Assembly (NCBI GenBank): GCA_024137785.1
Contig: JAHRHZ010000020.1
Location: 57,712,903-57,776,902 of the forward strand
Origin: Ginglymostoma cirratum
Lineage: Eukaryota
Direction: 5' to 3'
Length of the DNA stretch: 64,000 nucleotides
Shown here one piece after another: positions 63,121 to 64,000 of this stretch; positions within the stretch are counted from its first letter, which is position 1, and each line of letters starts with the position of its first letter. The notes under the pieces are model-generated. The model had not been told where the DNA came from and did no database searches. It saw only the letters and a list, made by a program, of their open reading frames with translations. The translations under genes and the position numbers were made by a program.

Positions 63121-63529
63121 AAAATAATAAAATTGTGAGATTTTGTCAAAACCAATGCTTTTATTACTTGTTGCAAAAGGATTATTACAGGTTAGCTCCA
63201 GCAACAATCTCCAAAATAATTACTGGAGAATAAATGGGATAATCATCAAAATCTCTAAACACTACTAAATATAAAACAAAAAAACAGATTACTTCCAACT
63301 GCGCACAGGCTAAACTGCTAATCAGTATTTATTTAGAGACATAATTATAGTTACATTAAGCGTGGCTCGGTGGTAAATATCGGTCAACCTTACATTACAT
63401 ACAGAAAAACCGATGCTGAATTTCACTCAAGATTTTCTTAGTAAGTTTTTTGAAAGGCACTGGCATTGTCATAATTGATGGATGATTCACACCTTTCAGG
63501 CCAAAGCCCTGCCTTTGTTATTGCCCATC

Positions 63530-64000
63530 AGAAGGGTCCAGGCCGGAAACATCAGCCTTCCTGCTCCTCTGATGCTGCTTGGCCTGCTGTGTTCATCCAG
63601 CTCTATACCTTGTTATCTCAGCTTTAGTTACTGAGCATCTTGCCCTAGTATAAAAACAGGCTTCCTAGGAGCAAGAGATAACAAAGTGTGAAGCTGGAGG
63701 AACACAGCAGGCCAGGCAGCATCAGAGGAGCAGGAAAGCTGATGTTTCGGGTCAGGACCCTTCTTCAGAAATAGGGAGGGGGAAGGGAGCTCAGAAATGA
63801 ATAGAGAGAGGAGGGATGGGGCTGGGGAAGGTAGATGGGATGGTGATAGGTGAGTGCAGGTAGGGAGTAGTGGGGATTGGTCATTGGGATGGGTGGGGCA
63901 GATAGGTGGGAGAGAAGACGGACGGGTTGTGTCAGGTCAAGGAGGCGGGGATGAGAGGAAGGGTTGGTCATGGGATGAGGCTGGGGGTGGGGAGATTTTA
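63530..64000. mobile_element. Two Penelope family B-like ends facing tail-to-tail; the minus copy continues beyond the window
   Basis: 63530-63619 (+) and 63675-63764 (-) are reverse complements. The minus copy has an intact CTGAAGA-a-GGGT(cctg)ACCC-GAAAC-ATC core at 63741-63768. Confidence 0.8.

Noticed and set aside
63100-63400. Minus-strand AATAAA signals suggesting the 3' end of a convergent neighbouring gene
   Set aside because: AT-rich sequence with no coding exon visible in the window.
1-64000. Prokaryotic-type systems (CRISPR arrays, operons, rRNA/tRNA genes)
   Set aside because: No regularly spaced repeat-spacer array or intact structural RNA gene seen. The tRNA-like boxes all belong to SINE/LINE heads.

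Overview
Vertebrate (eukaryotic) genomic DNA, most likely from an elasmobranch (shark), judged from the repeat complement (HE1/V-SINE-like, HER1/CR1 LINE 3' ends, DeuSINE-like and LF-SINE-like relics). The window holds the 3' part of CNOT4 (CCR4-NOT subunit 4 E3 ligase) on the + strand. There are three coding exons (5245-5742, 45114-45320, 57482-57777), separated by 39.4-kb and 12.2-kb introns, then a 3' UTR ending near a poly(A) signal at 58680. The introns are packed with decayed CR1/L2 LINEs, SINEs and Penelope-like element (PLE) pieces, and there is one 400-N gap. The most striking non-genic signal is a set of at least four different small PLE-derived families that all carry a minimal hammerhead-ribozyme motif (CTGANGA...GAAA) with family-specific but complementary stem I arms. 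Several are inserted as inverted two-armed units flanked by 9-15 bp target-site duplications. Other notable items: a candidate 52-nt poison exon, candidate alternative terminal exons or acceptors of CNOT4, three short near-identical local duplications (89 bp, 115 bp and a 178-bp inverted copy), and a LINE whose 5' end is shared with a tRNA-derived SINE. All alignments and counts were done by eye and no databases were searched. Repeat boundaries are approximate. Most ORFs in the supplied track are chance or repeat-derived.
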